Source of the DNA: Perkinsus olseni
Lineage: Eukaryota
Assembly: GCA_013115125.1 (NCBI GenBank)
Contig: JABANN010000055.1
Location: 1 to 64,000, forward strand
DNA length: 64,000 nucleotides
Reading direction: 5' to 3'
Shown one piece after another: positions 39,384-52,572 of this stretch (its first letter is position 1; the number at the start of each line of letters is the position of its first letter). The position numbers and the translations under genes are program-made. The notes under the pieces were generated by a model, which worked only from the letters and a program-made list of their open reading frames with translations, ran no database searches and was not told the origin of the DNA.

Positions 39384-40220
39384 GGTGTAGCGTCCGTTCG
39401 TCGTAGCGTTCATTCGCTCCATCAGGTACCGGACGCTTGATTTATCTGGTACTTCAAGCCGAGCTAAAGTTGCCTCTGCGTGATATACAACTGCCTTCAC
39501 AGTGATTACATTTTCCTCATTGCATTGTCACGTGTTGTCTTTACTGCAGTGCTGAGATGGGTACTCTACAACGCCTGAAATCTCATGTGCACAATCAGAA
39601 GGGTTCTCTCGTTACGCTATCGTAATCAATGGGGTGAACCAAAAGAATGCAAGTGCCCACCCAGAGGAGTGGGCAGGGGCTCATAAGAGATAGCCAGTCG
39701 TTTATACCACTTCATTATTACCGACAATGGAAGGCAAAAAGGGAGACGCCCAGTGACGATGATCCGACGAACACGAGGCCGGGGGCCATCACCCTCGAGG
39801 AACTCGTCATAGGTCTCGAATAGTGTTGAGGAGTGTATTAGCAAGGACAGTTCACGCCGAGGCCAGTACCTTCAGTTGTAGTGTACTGTGTAGTACAAAA
39901 TCACAGTCCTCGCCTAGCGCCAATTATCTTTAACAGAGTACCCTGCAGTTCTACATTTGGCTAGGCCGCGCGTACTTGGTCTTCATCAGACATCTTGGCC
40001 ATCCGCGTCGCGGAAGAGCATCCCCCGATTCACGAAGTGCACTGAAGTGCCCACACGCTTGTCCATCTGCTCTAGCCGATAACAACTGATGAACGCAAGC
40101 CTCAAGAAATGCGGGGAAGGGGTCATGTGGAATCATCTATGTTTGGGAGAAGAAACTCGTATAGGAGGACTTATATAATACAGAAGCGAACGAAGGGGTT
40201 AATCTACATAGTCGGTTCCA

Positions 40221-41412
40221 TCACTTTGGATGCCTAACCAAAGTTGGGCCTCTTCGGACCTCAGATCGATATCTGAATTCCACCAAGATCATGGGGAACT
40301 TGGTGGACACGGGGCGGAGGTCTGACCATTTGACGCGGTCCATTTCTCTGTGGCTCCGCACACAGATCGACGGCGGGTTGGCTTCCTGAAGCAACGCGGA
40401 CCTCCCTAGGGATCTGATACGAAAGGTGTGGTACTTGAGCCGTAAACTTTTCTCGAGCATGTCTACTGTCTCCGCGTACTTTAACGTAAAGTCAACTGCA
40501 TTTGAGCGAAGGACGGTTGTTCTGATGAGGGCCTGATTGACAGCACATGGATTTACGCGATTCCAGATTCGAGCATCACACACCTCTTTGCTCACGGGTT
40601 GCGCCTGTGCTTCATGAAAAGGGCGGCTCCGTTGGCTCGTCATCTCGTCGGCCTCCGATATAGCTTTCTCGTTGTCTTCTTCCGACGAGAGTGATGCCGC
40701 GGTGGACGCCACAGAGACTCGCATAGCGGAGGTGGCCTGGCCCTTCGGACGGCTGTTCGGACTCGACACATCATCAGTATGCAGCCAAATGGAGACCCTC
40801 ACCGTTCAGGAGCATCCAACGACATTCTCGACACTCTTCTGCGATGAACAGCACCTGAACGACCCCGATGGCATTGAAGAGCAGGGCACATCATCAAGTT
40901 CCCTCACGCTGTGGGCCTCCAGCATAGAGTTCTGCTCTTGTTCGGCACCGTTGAGCGTATTTCTTCACCTGAACCATCACCAGCTGCTCAGCGGCTCTGC
41001 GTTTGGCCATCGGATCTGAGCGTCCCTATTTTTCGAGGGATTCAAGGCAAGTCATACTGACAACTTCCGTCTCGAATTCGAGAACAGGCGGGGCTTCTTC
41101 GCCATGGGCAAAGCATGAACCTGTTAAGTCGAGTCACCAATGACCAGAACAAACTCCTCAGCACTTCTCTTAGCGTGATCAGCAGAAAGCGGAGCTTCTC
41201 GAGTCCATTGATGGACGGGAGTAGAGGAGCTTGCAAGCTTAGGTGTTGCTACCCAGAGACGTATCTAACTAGCGCCTCTCGAGGATTCGCATGCTAGGCA
41301 AAGCATACGTCTTTGGACTCTGGTGACCGCAGAATGAGTGGCGTTGTTGTTGACGCCGGTCTCGGTCTGGATCGGACGGGCGTTAGATCCCCCGAAACAA
41401 CCTACCCACCAT
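40221..41412 (-). CDS. Hypothetical protein
   Basis: 193-aa terminal ORF plus upstream helical exons (LEKLRFLLITLREVLRSLFWSLVTRLNR); no family recognised. Confidence 0.45.
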
Positions 41413-41695
41413 GGCTCTCATCAGAGGTGTTCTAGTATTCAGGACAACATCAGTATAGTGCTTAGCAGCTTCCTACCATCCCATGAGCTTTCGACGTACC
41501 GACAGGAATGTCTCTCTGTGCCATGAAGGGACTAGTACAACTACACGCTCAACCGAGCTGCGGTACTGAGGATACTGCTGACGGCCCTTCACAAACTAGA
41601 ATGGTCCCACTGACAACTCAAGTAAGCACACGTGGGATGAACACCTTAATACCGCACCATGCCGAAGCACATCGTAATTAAAGGAAGAGCATGGA

Positions 41696-42402
41696 TCAGT
41701 CCGAGCCGATCTGCTCCTCAATCTCTTGAATCCTCCGCTGCAAACCTAGAATCTGCTGTTGCAAAGAGGTCTTCTCGCCCTAAACAAGCACCCATCGCCT
41801 TTGGGGCGGATACACCAACCCTCACTTTTAGCGTAGTGATCTGCTGCTGAAGCCTCGAGTTCTCAGCCTTCTGATGACTGAAGTGTCTCTTAACCTCATC
41901 CTGACGATGCGGAAGGGAACATGCACCGTGAAAGGCCAAGCGCCGACTATGATTGACAGACCTGCATCCTCTGCACGTCAGCCACGACGGTTTTCTTCAA
42001 ATCCTGCAGCTGTCCTTGATAGTGTTGTTCAATGTTCGCCTACAACACACGTAACACAGTACACTGCTGCCATGAGCTTTTCTATCATCACTTTGTCGTT
42101 GCGCAAAGCTTCGATTTCTTGTCTCTGAGCTGCAAGCTCTTCATTCTGCATCGCGATGAAGTCCTCCAGAGACGCTAGTTTGCCCTGAGCTGGCGCGGTC
42201 ACTCATGCCCTTGTACGCAAACCCTCACCTTCAAACCCGAGGGAGCAAAAGTGGAGAACGCATCCCGCGAGGTGGATTGGAACCCGCCGGGCTCGCCTTT
42301 GCCTGAGCAGTGCAGTCCATTACGATTCCCAGCCAAACAGCGTTGATTACTACTTGTCGTCTGCAGACCCGTCGGAGGGTTTTCGGTGAGCCCTGTGGAC
42401 AT
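41696..42402 (-). CDS. Small coiled-coil protein
   Basis: Spliced heptad-rich exons: LASLEDFIAMQNEELAAQRQEIEALRNDK, DEVKRHFSHQKAENSRLQQQITTLK|GEKTSLQQQILGLQRRIQEIEEQIGSD*. Confidence 0.75.
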
Positions 42403-43805
42403 TGCAACGAGCTCCGAAAAAGATTCTAATAGAAAAGTTAATGAGTGAATTGCTGCATCAGTCCTATCGATCCAATTTAGTTTCTCTCAGTCATTGAGAA
42501 TCAGGAGAAGCCTCTGAGTTTTCATCATTTAACAGCTCAACGAGCACTAGGCTGTACGTTGCAGATAGAGCGACTTGGCCACGACACACCAGTCGCCCTC
42601 GGTAGCAACAAAAGTTCGTATTCCAGTCAAGTACTAAGCCTTCAAAGAAACCCCTTCGTCAAAGAGCGTCCATGGAGAAGGAATGCTGGAATGATGACCA
42701 CCTCCGATGATGTGTACGGAAAGACTTGAACACACTGCGGCTGACGCTGATGCATCGGAGCCGGACAACACGTTCCGAGTCTGTGTAGCACGTGTGACAA
42801 GAACGCAATCAACGCAAGTCACAAAGGACAAGCGGATCGTCGGAGTGTGCATCAACAGTTCAAATAAATGAGTGATGATGGTATGATGCTAACGAGCACC
42901 TGCGGAAGCTACGCCCGAATCGATTAGCTGAGCGAAAATACGAGCGAAACAGAATCGATCGGAATGGCGCGCGCTGCACGATTCAGCGCTAAAACTGAAC
43001 TGGCGGCTCCAGGGATTCCTCCGAGTTTGTTTTGTCGTTCCATTTTCGTTCTTTATGTCTTGAAGTTCGGATTGACGAATTGGACGCTTTGCTCAATATT
43101 TGACGACACCTGTACGGCAAAATCTCAAGTCACTAGTCACAACGGTGGGTCTGGCCAAAGAGCTCGGGCTGGCGGGGATCCGCAGGTAACCTCGAGTCGA
43201 AGTAATTTCTTCTGGAATTGAAAGAGACTGCAGCCTCAATTGCATGCGTGCTTCAGCTGAAGAGTTCAAACGGATCTAGTTCGGTGTTGGTGGATTCATC
43301 CGATGACACAGAATATCCAGCCTCGAATACGTACAGTCAGAAATGCGATGAAAGCTTGATGCTGAGTGCTGAACCGGAGTGGCCCCATTACCGATACGCC
43401 ATGCACACGCATTGGTAGCACATGCAGCTCGACTCAACGAGTACAGACACGATTGGGGTAGCTAAACAGACCGGGCTTAGCTTCTCCGGAAGCAAGAATT
43501 AATCCAACGTACAGTATGGAGTGGTATCCTTGCTATGACCACAGAGGCCCGTGTACGATGCATCTGAGCGCGCCTCGCAGATAACCCGATAAGCCTTCGC
43601 AGACTCACAGGACGCGAGAGTAATATGAGCGCATAGCAAGGCGTCGGTGCCCTCAGATCAGATGCTCACTAAACCAGTAGCACCGACGAACAGGCAGGCC
43701 GCAACGGCCGACTTCAGGGCCCGGCTATAACTCCTACTGGATACTCAACAGCCATAACGCTCAGACACGAAACATCAATGGTACTCGATAAAATGAAACC
43801 TTCCA

Positions 43806-45388
43806 TCATGAACACGGTGCCGGCCGCTTGCTGCGCCTCGTACTCTTCCGCGGCTCAGCATCACCCTCGATGGTGGTACGGTGCAGTATCCTCAGTCCCA
43901 CTCTCGAAGCCGGGTCCTGCGTGCCGGGAACAGCGTAGTGGGCCAAGGCCAGGTTATCGAGGATGCCGAAGTCGCCTTCCTCCCACTTCATAGTGTACCT
44001 TAGAACACAATGTCCCACTAGGAAACGCAGCCGAAGACTCCCAGCGGATGATGGGAAACAGCGGATGTCAGCAAGAAATTTCTGATAGAGATTCTGTTCT
44101 ATTTTCCAACAGCGTTAATTATCAGCACGCCACGGGGAATACAAACACACGAACCGAATACTACATTCTCAACAGCGAGCGACAACCCTTGATCCCACCA
44201 GTATACTACACTAGATTGCGTGACCGCCCCTCATCGATGGCCTCGGTGATCTCATCCTGTATCACAGATGGTGGTAGGATATCATCACTCCGAGGCTGCT
44301 GACCCGGGATGTAGTCCATGATCCAACCAGCACAAAAGGGCTGAGGAAGACAACGTGACGCATTCAATAGTGAAAAAAACAAGGGTCCTACCCGTCCACA
44401 GTGGAAGATCATCGTAGTGTAGCCAGTAGTGGGGTGCTCACAGACCAGAGGGTGCACGACACTACCGCTATCACTGACGAACCATGCCCTGACAGCAGCG
44501 ATCATGGGCTGCGGAATCAGCGCTCACGACTACCTATCCCAGCGTTCCCGGCGCTCCGGTTTCTGCGACTGGAACAGCTCCCTGAGGGGCACCAGTTCGG
44601 TGAAGCCGGTGCTGCTAGCCTTTGGGAAGTACATGGTTTGATACCGGAAGGGCCTGTAATCACCTCCGTCAACACGGCAAGGAGCGAGGTAGCACTACCG
44701 AGACAGGAAGGTCCCATCCACATGCCAGCCACTCCGACCCACTCTCGTACAGCCGACACCCTCATCGTTGGACACCCTGAAGACGTCCGGGTGCGGGGAC
44801 TTGGGGTGCTTATAGAAAGTGGACTCTATAGACCCCAAACGACGCGAGAACGCCACCTGAGACACTGCAGGCCTGACCAACCTTACAGCGACTACCCCAG
44901 AGACTTTCTCCCGTGAGCTGTAATTAACTAATCTGATTAATTCAATCAGGGGGCGTGATTCACGAGAGAAGAGTCTTCTCAGCAGAGCAAGACATTCTTA
45001 ACAGTATTCATCATCATGATCAACGCCAAATTCGCATCGCCGAATGCAATGTTTGCTCGTTTTCGTCAAACTGGGTTCGGATGTTGCTGTGATCGTCGAG
45101 CCCGAAACGAGACACCGATAGATCATACCGTTCTCCGCGCGATGGCTGCGCTAACGAGACCTTCTGAATCAGCCCCCTTTCCCCTCCGGGTCTCACCTGC
45201 CGCTCGCCACTCAGATCCCTCTGCTTCCGAAAGAGAAGGAACCGATACTTGTGGACATCGGATCGGATCTTTTCGATGATCTCATCATCAGCACTGGCCG
45301 CATCCTCGATGGAGAACCCATCACTGACGACTCCACCGAAGGTGGTGGCGAGAGGCTCTACAGTGTAGGGAGGGGACGAGGCGGACAT
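43806..45388 (-). CDS. TauD/TfdA-family Fe(II)/2-oxoglutarate dioxygenase
   Basis: PLATTFGGVV, LLFRKQ, GWHVDGTF (HxD), HPLVCEHP, WEEGDFGILDNLALAHYA..RILHRTT. Confidence 0.9.
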
Positions 45389-45961
45389 GGTTGGGAGCCG
45401 TCGAGGAACGCCACGGGACATATACTGCCAACCAACGGGTCTGCGGAATCTTGCCCATCAACAACGACATACGTGCATCAAGGAAGTGATGCTGAGTTAC
45501 ACAGCCTTGCTCGGGCTGCAGGAAGTTCAATTCGGTCCTCTTCCGCTGCTACGATGGTTCCGCAGGGGTCACTAACGTCTCGACAGCTTTCAAACGGATC
45601 TTGAGTCTATTTTCGGGCGCGCGCTACGAAGAGCGCAAGTCTCCTGAAAATCCCCTGCAAACGTTCTTACTTCATTAATGGGGAACTACTGCTGCCCCAG
45701 CGACAGGGATAAAGAAAACGACGAAGACAGTGAGGAAAGAGGACGATACAGAACTGAACCTAACTGTAGCGTGGGCGGAAACCTTCAGAATTCAGTCGAC
45801 ATGAGCCAATGGCTTCCTCCATTGTGGATTAGCCTTGAAGGAGTTTCAGATTCCTAGGAATCTTTCGCGTGAGTGAGCTCATTCTATGTGAACATGAGCT
45901 CTTTCGGATCGTCTTGCATCGGAGGTGGGCCTAGTGAGCCCTGAAGTCACCGTTACTTGAA

Positions 45962-46759
45962 ATGACTTATGATGCGCTTCCCAGCAGTGCTCGGTTTTTC
46001 TCAGCGTACGAGGCAGACAGATTTTCGAGTGGCGGCTCGAGCGTATCTTACGGTTCGGTATCCGTGAGTGAACCTGGTCAACAACGCATGAACGACAGCG
46101 ATGAAGAGACACCTGCTGATGAGGACGCGAACGCCGCTCTGTCGCAACCGAAGACGATGGAAGAAGGCCCGAGCGAGCCCCCAAAGCACGAGGCCAGTGC
46201 TTTTAATAGACGGTTAACAACAGATCTCATCATCCGCGACCTGAACCAAGCTGTTGCAGCGGACCTCCGCAGTCGACTTCCTCACTTGAATCAGCATCAG
46301 CCTTCAGAGGAGGCCGATCGTGAAGGATATCCTTTCCATGAGCCAGACAGGGGGCTCAAAGCGGAACGGCACATGGAGCTCACGACGCCTTACCACTTCA
46401 ACCGAGCAGCTAGCATACTGGCCCCGTCTCCACACATACTCGTCAGAGCTCCCACGCCTAGAGTGCTCGAGGAGGACGGTCTCGGAATGTCAGGCCGTGT
46501 GAATCCTGGCCACCACGAATTCTATCGGACGCCAACTTTCGCTGCATCCCTACCTAGGAGAGACACCCGCGATGATGTGATCTATCAATTTGCTCCTCAC
46601 TTCGCGACGCCCAGCTCTATGTTGCTTTATGATTCCACTCGGCAGAGCTACAGTTCGACATTGCGCCCGACGTTCGCAAGTTCGAGGACAGCGAACGAGT
46701 TGGGGCTGCTGTCTCTCGGCCAATATGATAATGAAACTGGTAACTACTGCGACGATTGA
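45962..46759 (+). CDS. Hypothetical low-complexity protein
   Basis: 265-codon open frame rich in Ser/Pro/Glu; true start uncertain. Confidence 0.45.
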   Translation: MTYDALPSSARFFSAYEADRFSSGGSSVSYGSVSVSEPGQQRMNDSDEETPADEDANAALSQPKTMEEGPSEPPKHEASAFNRRLTTDLIIRDLNQAVAADLRSRLPHLNQHQPSEEADREGYPFHEPDRGLKAERHMELTTPYHFNRAASILAPSPHILVRAPTPRVLEEDGLGMSGRVNPGHHEFYRTPTFAASLPRRDTRDDVIYQFAPHFATPSSMLLYDSTRQSYSSTLRPTFASSRTANELGLLSLGQYDNETGNYCDD

Positions 46760-47119
46760 TGATGACTATCTGCTGTGCGTGGAAGAGATGAAACCTTTTC
46801 ATGGCTCGGGTGCATAAGTCAAATCGTGTTAATCGTAATTTAGCATATGTTACTGCCGTTGTGACTGATGAGAGAAAGATGTTGGGTAACATGCCATGAA
46901 GGTGATTGTCTTGCGTGCAGTCGGTATTGGGAACAATGGATAAAAAACCTGTAGCTCAAGCATGTCCGTAGCAAAGCGACATGCCGCTACCCAAGCACTC
47001 TCGTATTTCTCACGGTGGTACCCAAAAAGTGCCTCCACATAGAGATCCCCCATAAGGAGAGTTACATGATAGCTGACTGAGTGTTTCAGACTAAGGCTGA
47101 ATAACGCATCTAGGGATCG

Positions 47120-48664
47120 GTGACTGTAGACCGCCTGGAGCTCGCAGTGCCTAATGCAGTGCCCATGAGACGCATTACCGAGCGTCCACCAGCAGCCACT
47201 CAGAAGATAAACCCACAGCAGCTCGCAGGGGGCCTCCAAACTGAGAGCGCGTCTCGACGGCCGTTCCAAGCCACAACCGGAGATTCGAAAGTGAATGGCG
47301 TTGATGAAACCTCACACGATCCGGAGAACATCACCACGGGTGCACCGCCATTGGGTGGCACAGGGAGAACAGTAAGCTCGACACATGATACAGTAAGGAC
47401 TGGGACGCCGGCGGGTCCAGTGGAACCCTCACATGATGAGCATTCAAGGTGAGCCATACAGTTCGGCAGCTCGACCTTTCCCCGACCCACAGTCGCCGTG
47501 TGAGCTCCCAACGATACTAGTGTTTTGTTGCCAGCTGTGATGACCATCGGTCCACCTCTATCACTACTGATGGAGGTGCGCCAACCCTCCCTGATGAGAC
47601 CGAAGTTTCACAGGAGATGCAGGCCTCCCTGGAGAGTGAGCTCAAACGAAGGAGCGCAGCATGGGACGTGATTCAAAGGTTGTCTAATTGTCAACCTGAA
47701 GAGCATGGCCATGAGGCAGGACCGACGAGAGAGGGAGGCAGCCCATAGCGGCCACCTCAAGCCATTGCAGATCTCTAGGTGAAATGCGGTCTAGAGATTC
47801 CCTCCTCGCTACTTGTCGTTGACTCCGCCTCCCTGAGCAGAAAGGCCGATGAGACGGCGAGATCGTGTGGAGTGAAGGCAGAGGAAAAAGCGAGAGTTGC
47901 ACAACTGTTGTCCCGTCCATGGCGGCAGCCATCCCACAGCCGTGTCGACCGAGGGCTTGCAGCCGGGCTTGATGGTAATGATGCCAAGCCGACGCCAAGG
48001 ACCGTATAAACCATCCACAGGCAGTGTACTGGGAGTGAGGCTTTTGAAGGCAAGAGAGAACGACCTCGCGGAGTGGGTAGCTGAGGAAAGAGCACAGCGA
48101 GAAAGAGAGACCGAGGGAATGGAGCGAGCCGACGAAGACAGCTAGGGTAGGTCGAGCACTACCCAACGAGCTGCCGTCCTTTCTCTAGACTATCGTATGG
48201 AGTGCGTCCACCTTGATGGTCGCCTCTGATTGGCTTTCATTGTCAGTCCTCTCTCGACGTCCTCTTGGTCCTGGAAAGGCAGCTCCGAGTGACACGCAAC
48301 GCGTTGACGTGATCTACGTGGCAACGCCAAGGTGACCACAAACTCACTCTGTCCACAGGGTCAACCACGACTTAGGGATGACCCTGACTCAATGCCGGGT
48401 GTCCAGCACATCACTGCCGGCGAGGGGACAAGTCCTGCGGAGCAGCAAGGAGGTTCTGAGCATCGTGAGCACGGGTTTTCAAGAACGACGTTCACCTTCG
48501 GATGCTACTACGCACATTCAGATGGACGGGATTCCCCTACTGGCGCCCCTCCTGCGGGGTCTGTGGTTTCCGCGGAGCCAGCTCACGATATCCAAGCTAA
48601 TGGTCAGGAGGACAGCACCGATAGGCTTTTCAGAGGGCTCCTCGATTATGTGGATGACCATTGA
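47120..48664 (+). CDS. Hypothetical disordered protein(s); exon structure unresolved
   Basis: Series of charged/Pro-rich plus-strand ORFs separated by possible introns. Confidence 0.25.
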
Positions 48665-48846
48665 CTGATTCATCGCGACTGCCTCGAGTTCGCATAGTGT
48701 TGAGCGCGTTGAGTGAGGGAACACTGACTAGAGCTGACTAGAGTAAAGGCAAAGCGGGGGCTATCGATGATGAAGAAAAGCTTGGGACCGGAAGACAATA
48801 ATGTGACCAACGATGAGACTTCCGAATGTAGTCTCTACCAACGTAC

Positions 48847-50563
48847 TTAACAGCACGGACTCTCGATCATGCCTGCCGAGAAGCTTCCAGCGAAGGGTGT
48901 AGACTTGGTCGAACAATCAGTCCTGCTAGCGTTGTTCATTACTTTCGTGTGGTCCATCACGTTCGTGTTGCTCGCCATTACGTTCAAGTGGTTCATTACG
49001 TCCGTGTTGCTGTTCATTACGTCCGTGTTTGAGTTCACTACGTTCTTATTGTTGCTCAACGCATTAATGCCATTGAGGTGATGGGCCCTCTCAGCTGACT
49101 CAAACAAACACAAAACCAACACGATATGAAATATAGGAGTATATATGCTACAAATATAGCAGGGGAATGGCTGTACAGCTGCAATGTATCACAGACGACC
49201 GACATTCACCCGTGGTCAGTGATTATGACGGTGATGTACTCTATTATTAGATGCAACAACAGCGTATCAATATTACTACTACTTTCATTACAAGCCGGCA
49301 ACATCACCTGGGGCTTATCACAAATCGAGGCTACTAATACTACTACCACAACCACCACGCTTGATGAGCTATTAAAATGACAGAGTTACAGCAGCAAGTA
49401 GGCCGAGTAGTGATACTGCAACTGCTGTACAGCGCAAAACCTGGAAGACCTGCCATCCAGGGTAATGAAATCAGACTGTGTGGTTGCTTAACCTCATCAG
49501 TCTGTGCTACTATAAGAAAACCGTAATCCGGAAATATTCCTGATGATGATCATGATGACAGGAAAACGCACCTTGGACACGAGCGACGAAAATCATGTGA
49601 CTAACGATGAGACTACTTTCGAATGCTGCCAATTGGTGATGAGGACTAAGTTCAGCAAATGAACAGCAATGCACAACATCGTTGACTTTAATAAAGAGGT
49701 AGTAGTTCACCACCAGAGCAATGGACTCTATGAACTCGTCGTGCATGTGAAGACCGTCTTATACAAACCCTAGACGAAGTAGCATCATAGCGGAACACTT
49801 AAATGGTAAACAGGAGGACAGCATCAGTTGAAATGAGCTCACTGGCTCATCATCATCATAGAGGGGCGGATCATGACGGTCATCATCAGTGGAAGACAGG
49901 ATAAGGTCGATGGACGACCTCGAGAAGTAGCTTGATGTGGTATAGTGATCACGCAGTTGATGGTAGACATAGTAAAATTGATGACGACCACGACGACACT
50001 GAGCGACTGTTGTTGTTATTGCCTGTGATGGTTCATTAGCAGCTTCTATTGCAGGATAAATGTTACTTAGTGTACTTATTGAAGAACTTCTTGCCGCAGC
50101 AGTAGATGAGTTGTTGTGGTTAAGCAGGTATGACGATAGACGCTGTGAGATTAGAGCCATCACCATACGACGACCGACCGGAGGCACGGGGAAGGGACTC
50201 CGCGTCCGAGGGGGACATAACCGCCGAACTGCTTCTGGCAGATGAAGGTGTCGAGTTCTCTCCGAAGAACAGGTCGCTGCAATAAGCCGCCACAATAGCA
50301 ATTACAAAAAGAGCCGTTGGGCTGGCCATCTGGATACCACCCTGCGAACTTGCAGCAGCAGCAGCAGCAGCAGGGGCTTCTAGGGGCCCGACAGAAGCGG
50401 CGGACACACGCTCAGACTCGAGCAGATGTGAAAGGGGCAGAATAGGAGGAGCCTTCGCCACCATCTCATGGCTGATGCTCGCAAATGTTCCGATCCCACC
50501 GGATGCGCAGGAAATAACGCACAAAAATATCGTTACTCTCACGAGCCACGACAGACTGGCCAT
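48847..50563 (-). CDS. Hypothetical signal-peptide/membrane protein with Asn-rich repeat tail
   Basis: Signal-like MASLSWLVRVTIFLCVISCASG and hydrophobic segments. Linkage to the NTDVMNS repeat exon is inferred. Confidence 0.35.
48930..49050. repeat. Degenerate 18-21 bp tandem repeat (GTTCATTACGTCCGTGTTGCT)
   Basis: About 6 units; reads N-T-D-V-M-N-S on the minus strand. Confidence 0.8.
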
Positions 50564-50733
50564 ATCCGGGGAATGGATTGCCTACTGAAGACGAAAATAA
50601 CCTCCACCCGGCAGAACCACGACAATCAACTCAGCTCGCAGGACACTGTGAAATGAGTATCTCTGAAGTCAGTCATGACAGCATCCAACTCGAATTATAT
50701 AATAGACCAGCATGTACCTGCATTTCCGTTGAA

Positions 50734-51900
50734 TCATTCCAGTAGAGTCTCCCAGGACGGCTTCGAAGGCTCCTTCATAATGATGCCAGCCAGCCGAGTT
50801 TGCATGAGCCGAGCTTGATGATACCCAAACGAAGTAGCCCCGGCAGAGAAGATGCCAACATGCACATCAGCCTTCTCAGGGTCACCATGCTGGTCCGCAT
50901 ACTCTATCAAACTCTCTTCGTCTACCACTCCATCGTCAACTTCCTCCGACTCCGGCTGCTGCGCAAGGCTCACGAAGAAACCAAAGTGTTCATCGCAGTC
51001 GCCCTCGATGTTATCACTGCTCGTGTGGCTAGCACGACAAGGGCTCGAGCATGCAGTGGCAGCGACCGTCGCGTCCTCCGCCTCCGTCATAGTTGACCCT
51101 CCAGCCGGCTTACCAACTACTGCATTCCCCAATGACAGTTCTTGCCCCCAGTCAAAGACGCTAACAAAAACCCACACTTGTGTAAGTCAGCGCCCGATCG
51201 AAGTCACCTTGGCCCTTGGGCGCGACTCCCAACCTGCGCGGCCTCGACGGTTACGTCAATTCCAGACGATAGCCCAACTTCGGAAGGATACCTGAGAAGA
51301 TCTCGAGTCACGGTATCGCAGCTCGTGAATGACTAAGACATGTTGCTCGACCGTCACAAGAATCGGCCGCACGTCTCAACGACGGTTTTCGACTCTGCAG
51401 GTCCGTGGAAGCGCTACGCAACGCACAGCGAGGACTGGAGAGAGCAGCGAAACAGGGTCACCTAGCGTGGCCGAGAGTCGCGATGGGAGTCGCCTAGGGC
51501 TGTTAAGTTGGCATCTAGCCTCGAGAGACAAGACACATGAGAGACACGAGGCAAGCGCTGTCTCGTTCGCTCACTCGGCATTGCTGAGCTCACAGGAGTC
51601 GGGGGCGGCACCATGGGAAGAAGTTGACGTATCTTGGGATGACCCTTGAGCTCTAGGATGAGCCCGGGGAGGGGCCTCTACGAGGAGGCATGGGCAAAGA
51701 TGCGCAAAGGGAAACATTTCGTTGAAGAAATGCAAGAGAGCAAGATGACGTAAGTTTTCAAAGTCCATTTCTGTGGATCGATCGAGCGATCGATAGCCCT
51801 GCGTTGATCTCGCGCGAGCCCACCTCTCCCAATCCTCCTCAAGAAACCTTGCGGGTAATAATACGTCGCTTTGAATGGCTGACTCCTCATCACCGTTGTT
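50734..51900 (-). CDS. Hypothetical acidic protein
   Basis: Minus-strand ORFs 51571-51999 and 50734-51177; start not determined. Confidence 0.35.
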
Positions 51901-51988
51901 GTTGTTGCCACAACCTGTGGATGACGCTGTTATAAGATGACTTATTGCCGTGCTCTCTTTCAGGAAGCACCCCAGAAGCATCTCAATA

Positions 51989-52445
51989 ATGGTGTCCAAG
52001 AAGCAGGTATGTTCAGCAGCTCCATCAACTGTCTGGGTGGATGTTATCCCATCAAAGTCGACTCATCGTTTTCTCCCTCTCAGACTAAGGCTCATGAGTC
52101 CGTTAACGCTGGCTTGCAGCTTGTTCTCAAGTCCGGCAAGTACACCATTGGCTGGAGGTCCACCATGAAGGTACTACTACCACACCACCACAGCGCTCTT
52201 ACGTATCATTCGGAATCTTGCAGGCCATCCGCTCCGGTAGCGCTAAGCTCGTTTTGGTGTCGAGCAACTGCCCTGCTCTCCGTCGCTCCGAGATTGAGTA
52301 CTACGCCATGCTCTCCAAGACTGGTGTCCACCACTACGTCGGTGACAACAACGCCCTCGGTACCGCCTGCCGCAGGTTCTACCGCGTCTCCTGCATGGCC
52401 ATTCTTGATGCTGGTGACTCTGATATCCTCACCGCTCTTGAGTAA
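51989..52445 (+). CDS. RPL30: 60S ribosomal protein L30 (eL30); exons 51989-52006, 52084-52170, 52224-52445
   Basis: [81 protein letters not shown]. Confidence 0.98.
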
Positions 52446-52572
52446 GGGAATGGAGGCCTTGAGGGATGCTACTCCGAGTAGAGTTTCTTCGGGACTTGAG
52501 CGAAGGTGTTGTGCCCAGTGTTAGTCAATCCTGGTCCTAGGGTTGGCCTCTTGTTTTCTATATGGCATTCTC

